DNA of 64,000 bases from Collinsella sp. (GTDB lineage Bacteria > Actinomycetota > Coriobacteriia > Coriobacteriales > Coriobacteriaceae), in contig DBEZHA010000007.1 of NCBI GenBank assembly GCA_048189585.1, positions 82,053 to 146,052 of the forward strand, given 5' to 3'. The notes beneath the pieces are model-generated. The model searched no databases, was not told the DNA's origin, and saw only the letters and a program-made list of their open reading frames with translations. Both the position numbers and the translations under genes were made by a program. Shown one piece after another: positions 1 to 8,120 of this stretch (its first letter is position 1; each line of letters starts with the position of its first letter).

Positions 1-521
1 AGCTCGCCTACGTGTTCTTCGGCCTGGGCCTCTCCGTGTTCGGAAGCCAGATGGCGTTTAACGGCGCCGTCGAGCACATCTTCAATCACGCGTTCACCAA
101 GACCCTGTTCTTCCTCATCGCCGGCTCCCTCAGCTTCACGCTGGGAACCCGTATGCTGCCCAAGATCCAGGGCCTCATGAAGAAGTATCCGGTCACGGGC
201 GTGGGCTTCGCGGTCGCCGCGACCGCTATCGCCGGCGTGCCCCCCATGAGCACGTTCTTCTCCAAGTTTCAGATCATTTCCGGTGGCTTCGCGGTTGGTG
301 CTACCAACACGGTCATCTTCGTCCTCGTGTGCGTAATGGTCGTCGAGACCGTCGCCACCTTCGCATGGTTCCTGCGTTGGATGGGTAAGGTCCTGCCCGG
401 TGAGCCGAGCGAGACCGTGGCCGCCGGCCAGCCCCTTCCGCGCGCCATGGCGTTCGTGTTCGTCGTCCTCATGATCATGGTCGTTGTCGCCGGTCCTCTG
501 TCCTCTAGTTGGATGGGTTAG
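1..521 (+). CDS. hyfD: Hydrogenase-4 membrane subunit (NuoL/MrpA-type antiporter-like), 5'-truncated by the window edge
   Basis: Hydrophobic ORF open from the window start; HIFNHAFTKTLFF and IAGVPPMSTFFSKF motifs; lies directly before hyfE/hyfF. Confidence 0.75.
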   Translation, partial: LAYVFFGLGLSVFGSQMAFNGAVEHIFNHAFTKTLFFLIAGSLSFTLGTRMLPKIQGLMKKYPVTGVGFAVAATAIAGVPPMSTFFSKFQIISGGFAVGATNTVIFVLVCVMVVETVATFAWFLRWMGKVLPGEPSETVAAGQPLPRAMAFVFVVLMIMVVVAGPLSSSWMG

Positions 522-531
522 GAGGTAGGAC

Positions 532-1185
532 ATGGGTTATTCGTTAGTCAATATCCTGGGCGGTCTTCTGATCGTGACCTCCACCATGGTGGTCGTGTCG
601 AAGACCATCCCGTCCGCCATCAAGTGGTACGCGATCCAGTCGGTTGTCTTGGTGGGCGTGCTGCTCACCCTGGGCCTCACCACCGGTGCCACCGAGCTTC
701 TCATGTGGGCCGCGTCGGCCTTCTTCACCAAGGTGATCCTCGTTCCGTTCATTCTCAACCGTGCCTACAAAAAGATGGGTTCGCCTGCCGATAGCACGCT
801 GACCTCCTCCATCAAGCCGGCCTGGACCATCATCCTCACCGGTCTGGAGGTGGCCGTCTGCTTCGCGGTGGTCACGCGCCTGACGCTGCCCACCGCCGAG
901 GTGGCTACTCCGGCCCTCGCCATCAGCTTCGCGCACTTCTTCGTCGGCCTCACGTGCATCATCTCCCAGCGCAACATCCTCAAGCAGATCTTCGGGTACT
1001 GCCTTATGGAGAACGGTAGCCACGTGACGCTCGCCCTGCTCGCGCCCACGGCCCCCGAGATCATCGAGATCGGCATCGCCACCGACGCCATTTTCGCCGT
1101 CATCATCATGTCCGCCGTCGTCGTGAGGATCTGGAACGACACCAAGTCGCTCGACTCCCACGACCTTACCGAATTGAAGGGGTAG
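532..1185 (+). CDS. hyfE: Hydrogenase-4 membrane subunit E
   Basis: 217 aa, multi-TM; KQIFGYCLMENGSH and EIGIATDAIFAV motifs; AGGAGG RBS. Confidence 0.9.
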   Translation: MGYSLVNILGGLLIVTSTMVVVSKTIPSAIKWYAIQSVVLVGVLLTLGLTTGATELLMWAASAFFTKVILVPFILNRAYKKMGSPADSTLTSSIKPAWTIILTGLEVAVCFAVVTRLTLPTAEVATPALAISFAHFFVGLTCIISQRNILKQIFGYCLMENGSHVTLALLAPTAPEIIEIGIATDAIFAVIIMSAVVVRIWNDTKSLDSHDLTELKG

Positions 1186-1188
1186 GCC

Positions 1189-2754
1189 ATGGATGTTTCA
1201 ATGCCGACGGTCGCCCTGCTCGCTTGTCCCCTTGTGTTCTCCCTGATTATGGCTGCGCTCCCCAAGACGACGTCCTACAGCGTCTTCGCGGGGCTCAACA
1301 CCATCTCCGTCGCGGCGACCCTCGTCCTTTCGGTCGTCACCGCGGGAACCATGCTCTCGAGCGGGCAGAATATCGACGCCTTGGGCCTGTGGCTCCATCT
1401 CGATTCGCTCTCGTCGATCTTCGTCCTTCTGGTAGGCATCATCGGGTTCATCACCGGCGTGTACTCCATCTCCTATATCAAGATCGATATCGAGGAGAAG
1501 ACCATGCCGGCCGAGCGCACCAAGCAGTACTACGCGCTGTTTAGCCTGTTCGTTTTCACGATGCTGCTCGCCTGCCTGTCCAACAACATCATCCTCACCT
1601 GGGCGGCGGTCGAGGCCACCACGCTGTCGACCGTGTTCCTCGTGGGTATCTACAAGAACAAACAGGCGCTCGAGGCGTCTTGGAAGTACGCGATGGTCTG
1701 CACCGCCGGCGTGGCCTTCGGCCTGTTTGGCACGCTGCTCATCTACGCGAACGCCGCCGATATCATGCCCAACGCGCATGAGGCTGCCTTCCTTACCTCC
1801 ATCATGCCCTACGCCGACCAGTTCGACCCGATGCTCGTGCGCCTCGCGTTCGCGTTCATCGTCATCGGCTTCGGCACCAAGGCGGGCCTGTTCCCCATGC
1901 ACACCTGGCTGCCCGACGCGCACTCCCAGGCTCCGAGCCCGGTTTCCGCGCTGCTCTCGGGCGTGCTGCTCAAGTGTGCCATGCTGGTGATTATCCGCTT
2001 CTACTCCCTGTCCATCATCACGGTGGGCGACACCTATCCGCGAACGCTCCTGCTCATCCTGGGCACGCTGTCCATCCTGGTGGCCGCCCTGTGCATCTTC
2101 AAGCAGGACGATATCAAGCGTCGCTTCGCGTACTCCTCCGTCGACAACGTCGGTGTGGTCGCGCTGTGCCTGGGTATCGGTGGTCCGCTCGGTATCGCCG
2201 CCTGCCTGCTGCACTGCATCTTCCACGGCTTCACGAAGGCGCTCGCCTTCTGCATGGCCGGTAACATCCAGCACATCTACCACACCCGCGACCTGAACAA
2301 GATCAAGGGCGTCGTCGAGATCGCTCCCGTCACGGCGGCGCTCACCATCATCGCCCTGCTCGCGCTCGCCGCCTTCCCGCCGTTCGCCCTGTTCATCTCC
2401 GAGTTCCTCACCTTCGTGGCCGGCATCCAGTCCGGTCCCATCTGGGTGGTCGTGCTCGTGGCCATCGGCCTCACCGGCGTGTACTTTGCCCTTACCGGCA
2501 TTGCGCTCAAGTCCATCTTCGGCAAGGCGCCCGAGGGCATGAAGCGCCACGAGGTGCCCGCCCTCATGATCATCCCCGAGATCGCCCTCGCGATCGTGGT
2601 CATGTGGTTCGGTATCGCCACCCCGGTCGCCATTACGAGCGGCGTCGAGGATGCAACGTCCGTCGTTTTGAACCAGAGCGTCGAAGAGCTCCACGAGGCC
2701 CCTCTCTACCGCATGGTGTTCAGCTCCCAGACCAAGACAAGCGAGGTGAATTAG
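1189..2754 (+). CDS. hyfF: Hydrogenase-4 antiporter-like subunit F
   Basis: EATTLS, ALEASWKY and GFGTKAGLFPMHTWLPDAHSQAPSPVSALLSG motifs. Confidence 0.9.
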   Translation: MDVSMPTVALLACPLVFSLIMAALPKTTSYSVFAGLNTISVAATLVLSVVTAGTMLSSGQNIDALGLWLHLDSLSSIFVLLVGIIGFITGVYSISYIKIDIEEKTMPAERTKQYYALFSLFVFTMLLACLSNNIILTWAAVEATTLSTVFLVGIYKNKQALEASWKYAMVCTAGVAFGLFGTLLIYANAADIMPNAHEAAFLTSIMPYADQFDPMLVRLAFAFIVIGFGTKAGLFPMHTWLPDAHSQAPSPVSALLSGVLLKCAMLVIIRFYSLSIITVGDTYPRTLLLILGTLSILVAALCIFKQDDIKRRFAYSSVDNVGVVALCLGIGGPLGIAACLLHCIFHGFTKALAFCMAGNIQHIYHTRDLNKIKGVVEIAPVTAALTIIALLALAAFPPFALFISEFLTFVAGIQSGPIWVVVLVAIGLTGVYFALTGIALKSIFGKAPEGMKRHEVPALMIIPEIALAIVVMWFGIATPVAITSGVEDATSVVLNQSVEELHEAPLYRMVFSSQTKTSEVN

Positions 2755-2758
2755 CACC

Positions 2759-4531
2759 ATGGCAGAACCTGAAATGAAGGACTACGCTCGTCGCTGCGAA
2801 AGCCACGTCGAGGCCCTGCGCGCCGCAGTGCCGGGCGCTATCGAGAAGGTCGAATGGCAGTGCGAGGACCAGCTGACGATCACCGTCAAGCTGGACCGTC
2901 TGCCCGAGGCCGTCCACTACCTGTACTACGAGCGCTACGGCTGGATTCCCGTGATTGTCGGCAACGACGAGCGCAGCCTGTGCGGTCGCTACGCCGTGTA
3001 CTACGTCATTTCCATGGAGGGCGAGGACCCCGGCTGGGTGACCGTCCGCGCCGAGGTCGACCCCGCCAAGATGACGTTCCCGAGCGTGACCCCGTTCGTC
3101 CCCGCCTGCGTGTGGGGCGAGCGCGAGCTGCGCGATATGTTCGGCCTGATTCCCGAGGGTCTGCCCGATCGCCGTCGCCTGGTGCTTCCTGACGATTGGC
3201 CCAGTGGGCTGTACCCGTTGCGCAAGGATTCGATGGATTACCGTTTCCGCCCCGCCCCCGCGAGCGACATGGAAAACTACGAATTCCTGGCCGACACCAA
3301 GGGCAAGGAGACCACGCTCGTCCCCATGGGACCGCTGCACATCACCTCCGACGAGCCCGGCCACTTCCGCCTGTTCGTGGAGGGCGAGACGATCGTCGAT
3401 GCCGACTACCGCCTGTTCTACGTGCATCGCGGTATGGAGAAGGTCGCCGAGACGCGCCTGAACTATGACGCCGTGACGTTCCTTGCCGACCGTATCTGCG
3501 GTATCTGCGGCTGCGCCCACTCGGTGGCCTACGCCGAGGCTGTCGAGCGCGCCCAGGGCATTCACGTCCCGCCGCGCGCACAGTACATCCGCGCCATCAT
3601 GCTCGAGGTCGAGCGCCTGCACTCGCACCTGCTCAACATTGGCCTGGCATCGCACTACACGGGCTTCGACTCCGGCTTCCAGCAGTTCTTCCGCGTCCGC
3701 GAGAAGTCCATGGACCTGGCCGAGAAGCTCTCCGGTCACCGCAAGACCTACGGCCTCAACGTGATCGGCGGCGTGCGTCGCGATATTTTGGCCGAGCAGA
3801 AGCTCTCCACGCTCACGACCATCCACCAGCTGCGCTCCGAGGTTCAAGAACTCGTCGACGTGCTGCTCTCCACGCCCAACTTTATCGAGCGTACGAGCGG
3901 TATCGGCATTCTGGACCGCAAGATCGCACGTGACTTCTCGCCGGTCGGCCCGCTCATGCGTGGCTCGGGCTATGCCCGCGACGTGCGCTTTGACCATCCC
4001 TTCGACGGCTACGCCGATCCGGATGTCCAGAAGATGCATGCTGCCACGGCAGACACCTGCGATGCCTTCGGCCGCACCGCCGTCCGCATCCAGGAGGTCT
4101 ACGATTCGATCGACATGATCGAGACCATGCTCGAGAACTGCCCGTCGGGCCCCATCCTCACCACGGATTGGGAGTACACCCCGCACAAGTACGCCATCGG
4201 CGCCACCGAGGCTCCGCGCGGCGAGGACGTGCACTGGGCCATGCTCGGCAACAACCAGAAGTGCTACCGCTGGCGCGCCAAGGCAGCTACGTACAGCAAC
4301 TGGCCGGTCCTGCGCTACATGTTCCGCGGCAACACCGTGGGCGACGCGGCGCTGATCGTCGGCTCTCTCGACCCGTGCTACTCCTGCACCGACCGCGTGA
4401 CGGTGACCGATGTCGCCGCCAAGCGCGACCACGTGCTCGACAAGGAGCAGTTCGAGAACGTCTGGCGCGACAAGTCGCCGCTTGCGGGCGAGGGCACCAT
4501 GGCCGCTCCGCTCGATGAGGAGGCGCTCTAA
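2759..4531 (+). CDS. hyfG: Group 4a [NiFe] hydrogenase large subunit (HyfG/HycE)
   Basis: RICGICGCAH and DPCYSCTDR Ni-binding motifs, GPLHITSDEPGHFRL, cleavable C-terminal tail. Confidence 0.93.
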   Translation: MAEPEMKDYARRCESHVEALRAAVPGAIEKVEWQCEDQLTITVKLDRLPEAVHYLYYERYGWIPVIVGNDERSLCGRYAVYYVISMEGEDPGWVTVRAEVDPAKMTFPSVTPFVPACVWGERELRDMFGLIPEGLPDRRRLVLPDDWPSGLYPLRKDSMDYRFRPAPASDMENYEFLADTKGKETTLVPMGPLHITSDEPGHFRLFVEGETIVDADYRLFYVHRGMEKVAETRLNYDAVTFLADRICGICGCAHSVAYAEAVERAQGIHVPPRAQYIRAIMLEVERLHSHLLNIGLASHYTGFDSGFQQFFRVREKSMDLAEKLSGHRKTYGLNVIGGVRRDILAEQKLSTLTTIHQLRSEVQELVDVLLSTPNFIERTSGIGILDRKIARDFSPVGPLMRGSGYARDVRFDHPFDGYADPDVQKMHAATADTCDAFGRTAVRIQEVYDSIDMIETMLENCPSGPILTTDWEYTPHKYAIGATEAPRGEDVHWAMLGNNQKCYRWRAKAATYSNWPVLRYMFRGNTVGDAALIVGSLDPCYSCTDRVTVTDVAAKRDHVLDKEQFENVWRDKSPLAGEGTMAAPLDEEAL

Positions 4532-4532
4532 T

Positions 4533-5249
4533 ATGCTGAAGCTTTGGAAGGTCAACGCCAAGGCCGGCGACGCGACGGTCAAGTACCCGTTTGCGCCGTT
4601 CCCCACCAACAAGGACATGCGCGGCAAGCCCGAGCACAACGCCGAGCTCTGCATCGCCTGCGGTGCCTGCGGCGTGGCGTGCCCGGCCGATGCCATTCGC
4701 ATGGACACCGACCTTGCGGCCGATACCATCACCTGGTCGATCGACTACGGTCGCTGCATCTTTTGCGGCCGCTGCGAGGAAGCCTGCCCCATGGAGGCCA
4801 TCAAGCTCACCGAGGAGTTTGAGCTGGCCGTCATGAGCAAGGACGACCTCACCAGCAAGAGCGTCTATACGCTCGAGCACTGCTCGCGCTGCGGCAAGCC
4901 GTTTGCTCCGCACAAGGAGATCGACTACGCCAAGCGCCTGCTGCAAAAGGCCGGCGGCATGGAGGCCGAGCAGGCTGCCCGTACCGTCGGTATGTGCCAG
5001 GAGTGCAAGCGCGAGCTCGACGCCCTGCGCGCCGCATCGGCCGTAAAGACCGGCAACGCTGCCGGCATGGCTGCCAACGAAACGCTTGCGTCCGGTGAGC
5101 CCCAGGGCCCCGGCATGGAGTATCTGGGCGGCCACGGCGTGAACCCGGAGTATATCGACCGCGAGCTTAACCCCGATGCGCCCGAGATTCCCGCCGGTCC
5201 GGCGCCGGTCGAGGGCATCATCATGGATTTTGATACGAAGGAGGAGTAA
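4533..5249 (+). CDS. hyfH: Formate hydrogenlyase Fe-S subunit (HyfH/HycF)
   Basis: Start set at MLKLWK (ATG 4533); CIACGACGVACP and CIFCGRCEEACP 4Fe-4S motifs plus CSRC/CQEC. Confidence 0.88.
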   Translation: MLKLWKVNAKAGDATVKYPFAPFPTNKDMRGKPEHNAELCIACGACGVACPADAIRMDTDLAADTITWSIDYGRCIFCGRCEEACPMEAIKLTEEFELAVMSKDDLTSKSVYTLEHCSRCGKPFAPHKEIDYAKRLLQKAGGMEAEQAARTVGMCQECKRELDALRAASAVKTGNAAGMAANETLASGEPQGPGMEYLGGHGVNPEYIDRELNPDAPEIPAGPAPVEGIIMDFDTKEE

Positions 5250-5251
5250 CC

Positions 5252-6034
5252 ATGGCCGAACCCACGCTTTTGCCCGAGCGGCTTCAGTACCGCCCGACCA
5301 AGATCGAGCTCGACGAGAGCATCGAGAAGGCCAAGGCGACCCTTCTTAAGAAGATCAAGCGCTCGGTGTACGTCTACCGCGTTGACTGCGGCGGCTGCAA
5401 CGGCTGCGAGATCGAGATCTTCGGTTCCATCACGCCCGTCTTCGACGTCGAGCGCTTTGGCATCAAGGTCGTGCCCTCGCCCCGTCACGCCGATGTGCTG
5501 CTGTACACCGGCGCCGTGACGCGTGCCATGCGCATGCCGGCCCTGCGCGCCTTTGAGGCCGCACCCGATCCCAAGATCGTGGTGTCCTATGGCGCGTGCG
5601 GCTGCACCGGCGGCATCTTCTACGACAACTACTGCGTCTGGGGCGGCACGGATAAGATTCTGCCGGTCGATGTCTACATCCCCGGCTGCCCGCCCAGCCC
5701 CGCGCAGACCGTCTACGGCTTTGCCATGGCGCTCGGTCTGCTGGACCAAAAGCTCCATGCCGAGACCACGGTGGAGGCCGCCGGCGAGCAGGCCGATATC
5801 CTGCACCCCGGCGTGCCGTACAAGCTGCGCGTTGCCATCGAGCGCGAGGCTCGCGCCATGAGCGGCTACCGTTACGGCCGCGACCTGGCCAACGAGTTTA
5901 TGGACACGCTCGAGGGCGCGCCCAAGGGCGATATCCGCGGTGCCATGGCGCTGCTCATCGACAAGCAGGATGATCCTCGCCGTGTTGAGGTCTACTCGGC
6001 GCTGCAGGATCTGGTGCTGGCCGGAGGCCGTTAG
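5252..6034 (+). CDS. hyfI: Hydrogenase small subunit (HyfI/HycG, NuoB family)
   Basis: DCGGCNGCEIE, SPRHAD and VDVYIPGCPP motifs. Confidence 0.92.
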   Translation: MAEPTLLPERLQYRPTKIELDESIEKAKATLLKKIKRSVYVYRVDCGGCNGCEIEIFGSITPVFDVERFGIKVVPSPRHADVLLYTGAVTRAMRMPALRAFEAAPDPKIVVSYGACGCTGGIFYDNYCVWGGTDKILPVDVYIPGCPPSPAQTVYGFAMALGLLDQKLHAETTVEAAGEQADILHPGVPYKLRVAIEREARAMSGYRYGRDLANEFMDTLEGAPKGDIRGAMALLIDKQDDPRRVEVYSALQDLVLAGGR

Positions 6035-6616
6035 ATGGAACTCACGGACCGCTCTGGTTACTTTGCGGGCCCCGGTATGCTCGGCGGCTCTTTTGGCGAT
6101 GCCTCGCGCGCAAGCGACGAGGCCGCCGAAGGTGTCGCCGACCCCTGCCTGGGCCATGCGCCCGACCAGGTGGTCTTCTACGAGCTCACGCGTAAGTTTG
6201 TGGAAACCGAGGAAGACGTTCCCCAGGAGGCCTGCGACGTGCTGTACTACACGCTCGCCGTGGGCCACCACACCGGCGTGCTCGACTGCTTTGAGCCGCG
6301 CCTGTCGGTGCCGGTGAACGTGTTCTATTCGCTCGTCGACGCGCTGCCGGAGGGAGAGGCCAAGACCAAGTTCGAGGCCATCCGCTCCTTTGGCGAGTGC
6401 CAGCTCGACAAGGCGGCGGTGCCGTCGCTGCTCGAGGCCTGCGATATGCTGCTCGACGAGCGCGGTTTTCGCGGTTCGGCCAAGGCCGGCATCTCGGTGT
6501 TCGACGACGACTTTGGCCTGCATGCCCAGCAGGTCGCGTTTCTGATGAAGTTCCGCGATCTGGTTGAGCGCGTGCGCGATGTGTCGGGCGTGTACCTGAC
6601 GGGAAGGTTGCAGTAA
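6035..6616 (+). CDS. hyfJ: Formate hydrogenlyase maturation protein (HycH/HyfJ family)
   Basis: VVFYELTRKFV and YYTLAVGHHTGVLDC motifs; operon position. Confidence 0.82.
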   Translation: MELTDRSGYFAGPGMLGGSFGDASRASDEAAEGVADPCLGHAPDQVVFYELTRKFVETEEDVPQEACDVLYYTLAVGHHTGVLDCFEPRLSVPVNVFYSLVDALPEGEAKTKFEAIRSFGECQLDKAAVPSLLEACDMLLDERGFRGSAKAGISVFDDDFGLHAQQVAFLMKFRDLVERVRDVSGVYLTGRLQ

Positions 6617-7119
6617 TGGGTCGCGTTGTGGATGGACGCGTGAACGGCGCCCCGTTTGCGGGTATCGTGCTCACGGCGGGAAGCGTGCTGCGTGCCGACG
6701 ATGCCGCCGGCCCCGTGCTCTCCAAAAAGATGGAGGACGCGCCCATTGCCGGTTGGTACACCATCGACGGTGGCCAAACGCCCGAGGACGACATCATCGA
6801 GGTCAAGCGCGAGCGTCCGCCTCGCCTGGTCTTGGTCGATGCCGCCGACATGGCGCTGCCCGTCGGGTCTATCCGCCTGCTCGATAAGCGCGATGTGGCC
6901 CGCAAGTCGATGTTCACCACGCATTCGCTCCCTTTGTCGATTCTGATCGAGGAAATCGAGCAATCGTGCGAAGATATCGTCTTCATAGGGATTCAGCCGG
7001 GCGATACGGAGTTTTACAACCCTATGTCCCCGGAGGTCTTTGACGCCGTCGACGCCGTGTACGACGCCGTGGCCGCCAACGACTTTTCCCACTTTGTCCG
7101 CTTGGGACAAGAGCAATAG
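6616..7119 (+). CDS. hycI: Hydrogenase maturation endopeptidase
   Basis: GSVLRADDAAGP, DGGQTPED, TTHSLPL and GIQP motifs. Confidence 0.88.
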   Translation: MGRVVDGRVNGAPFAGIVLTAGSVLRADDAAGPVLSKKMEDAPIAGWYTIDGGQTPEDDIIEVKRERPPRLVLVDAADMALPVGSIRLLDKRDVARKSMFTTHSLPLSILIEEIEQSCEDIVFIGIQPGDTEFYNPMSPEVFDAVDAVYDAVAANDFSHFVRLGQEQ

Positions 7120-7158
7120 GAGCGCTTGTCCCTGCTGATTAGGAAAGAAGTGATTGAC

Positions 7159-7998
7159 ATGGCAGATTCCAAGGCGGAGTACCCCGCTCCCGATTGCCTG
7201 GCGCCCGCCGCGATCGAGGCCAAGACCGAGGCCGCCGGCGTGACCAAGGCTAACCTGCCGGTCGCAAAGGCCTTTGTTTTGGCGATGTTCGCCGGCGCGT
7301 TCATTGCCTTCGGCGGCCTGTTCTTTACCGTGTTCTTGAGCGATAGCACGCTGGGCTGGGGCGCCCAGCGCGTCGTGGGCGGCCTGTGCTTTTGCCTGGG
7401 CCTGGTGCTGGTGCTGGTGTGCGGCGCCGAGCTGTTTACTGGCAATTCGCTTATGGTCTGCGCACTCAAGAGCAAAAAGATCACCCTGGTCCAGATGCTC
7501 AAGGCTTGGGTCGTCGTATGGGTCGGTAACTTTGTCGGTGCCCTGTTCATCGTCTTTTTGGTGTACATGGCCGGCATTTACAAGCTCAACGGCGAGGCGG
7601 TCGCCAATTCCATGGTGAGCGTCGCCGCCGGCAAGGTGACGATCGACTGGGTGACGATTTTCTTCCGCGGCATCCTGTGCAACATCTTTGTGTGCCTGGC
7701 CGTGTGGATCGGTACCGCCGGCAAGACCGTGGTCGATAAGGTTGTGGGCATTCTGCTGCCCATCGCCGCCTTTGTGGCCTGCGGTTTTGAGCACTGCGTC
7801 GCCAACATGTACTTTTTGCCCATGGGTGCTGTGATGCATGCATGCGGCTACGGTGCCGACGTCGCCGGCGCCGATGCGCTCAACGCTGCGGGCATTGCGT
7901 TTAACCTGTCCGCCGCCACGCTGGGCAACATCGTGGGCGGCGCGGTTCTGGTCGCGCTCGGCTACTGGTTTATCTACGCCAAGAAGTCCGAGCAGTAA
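7159..7998 (+). CDS. Formate/nitrite transporter (FocA/FdhC family)
   Basis: GAELFTGN, GILCNIFVCLA, FEHCVANM and TLGNIVGG FNT signatures. Confidence 0.92.
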   Translation: MADSKAEYPAPDCLAPAAIEAKTEAAGVTKANLPVAKAFVLAMFAGAFIAFGGLFFTVFLSDSTLGWGAQRVVGGLCFCLGLVLVLVCGAELFTGNSLMVCALKSKKITLVQMLKAWVVVWVGNFVGALFIVFLVYMAGIYKLNGEAVANSMVSVAAGKVTIDWVTIFFRGILCNIFVCLAVWIGTAGKTVVDKVVGILLPIAAFVACGFEHCVANMYFLPMGAVMHACGYGADVAGADALNAAGIAFNLSAATLGNIVGGAVLVALGYWFIYAKKSEQ

Positions 7999-8020
7999 GA
8001 TACCGTCTGTTTGACGTTGG

Positions 8021-8057
8021 GCCTCCCGCGGGGCGTTGCCGTGCGGGAGGCTTTTTT
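8021..8057 (+). terminator. Intrinsic terminator after the hyf/FNT operon
   Basis: GCCTCCCGC...GCGGGAGGC stem followed by T6. Confidence 0.75.
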
Positions 8058-8120
8058 GGCCTGGGGCTCGTTCCCGGGCTGTTGGCCTGTTGTGTTTGGC
8101 TTGTGAAAGGGGTAATCGAG

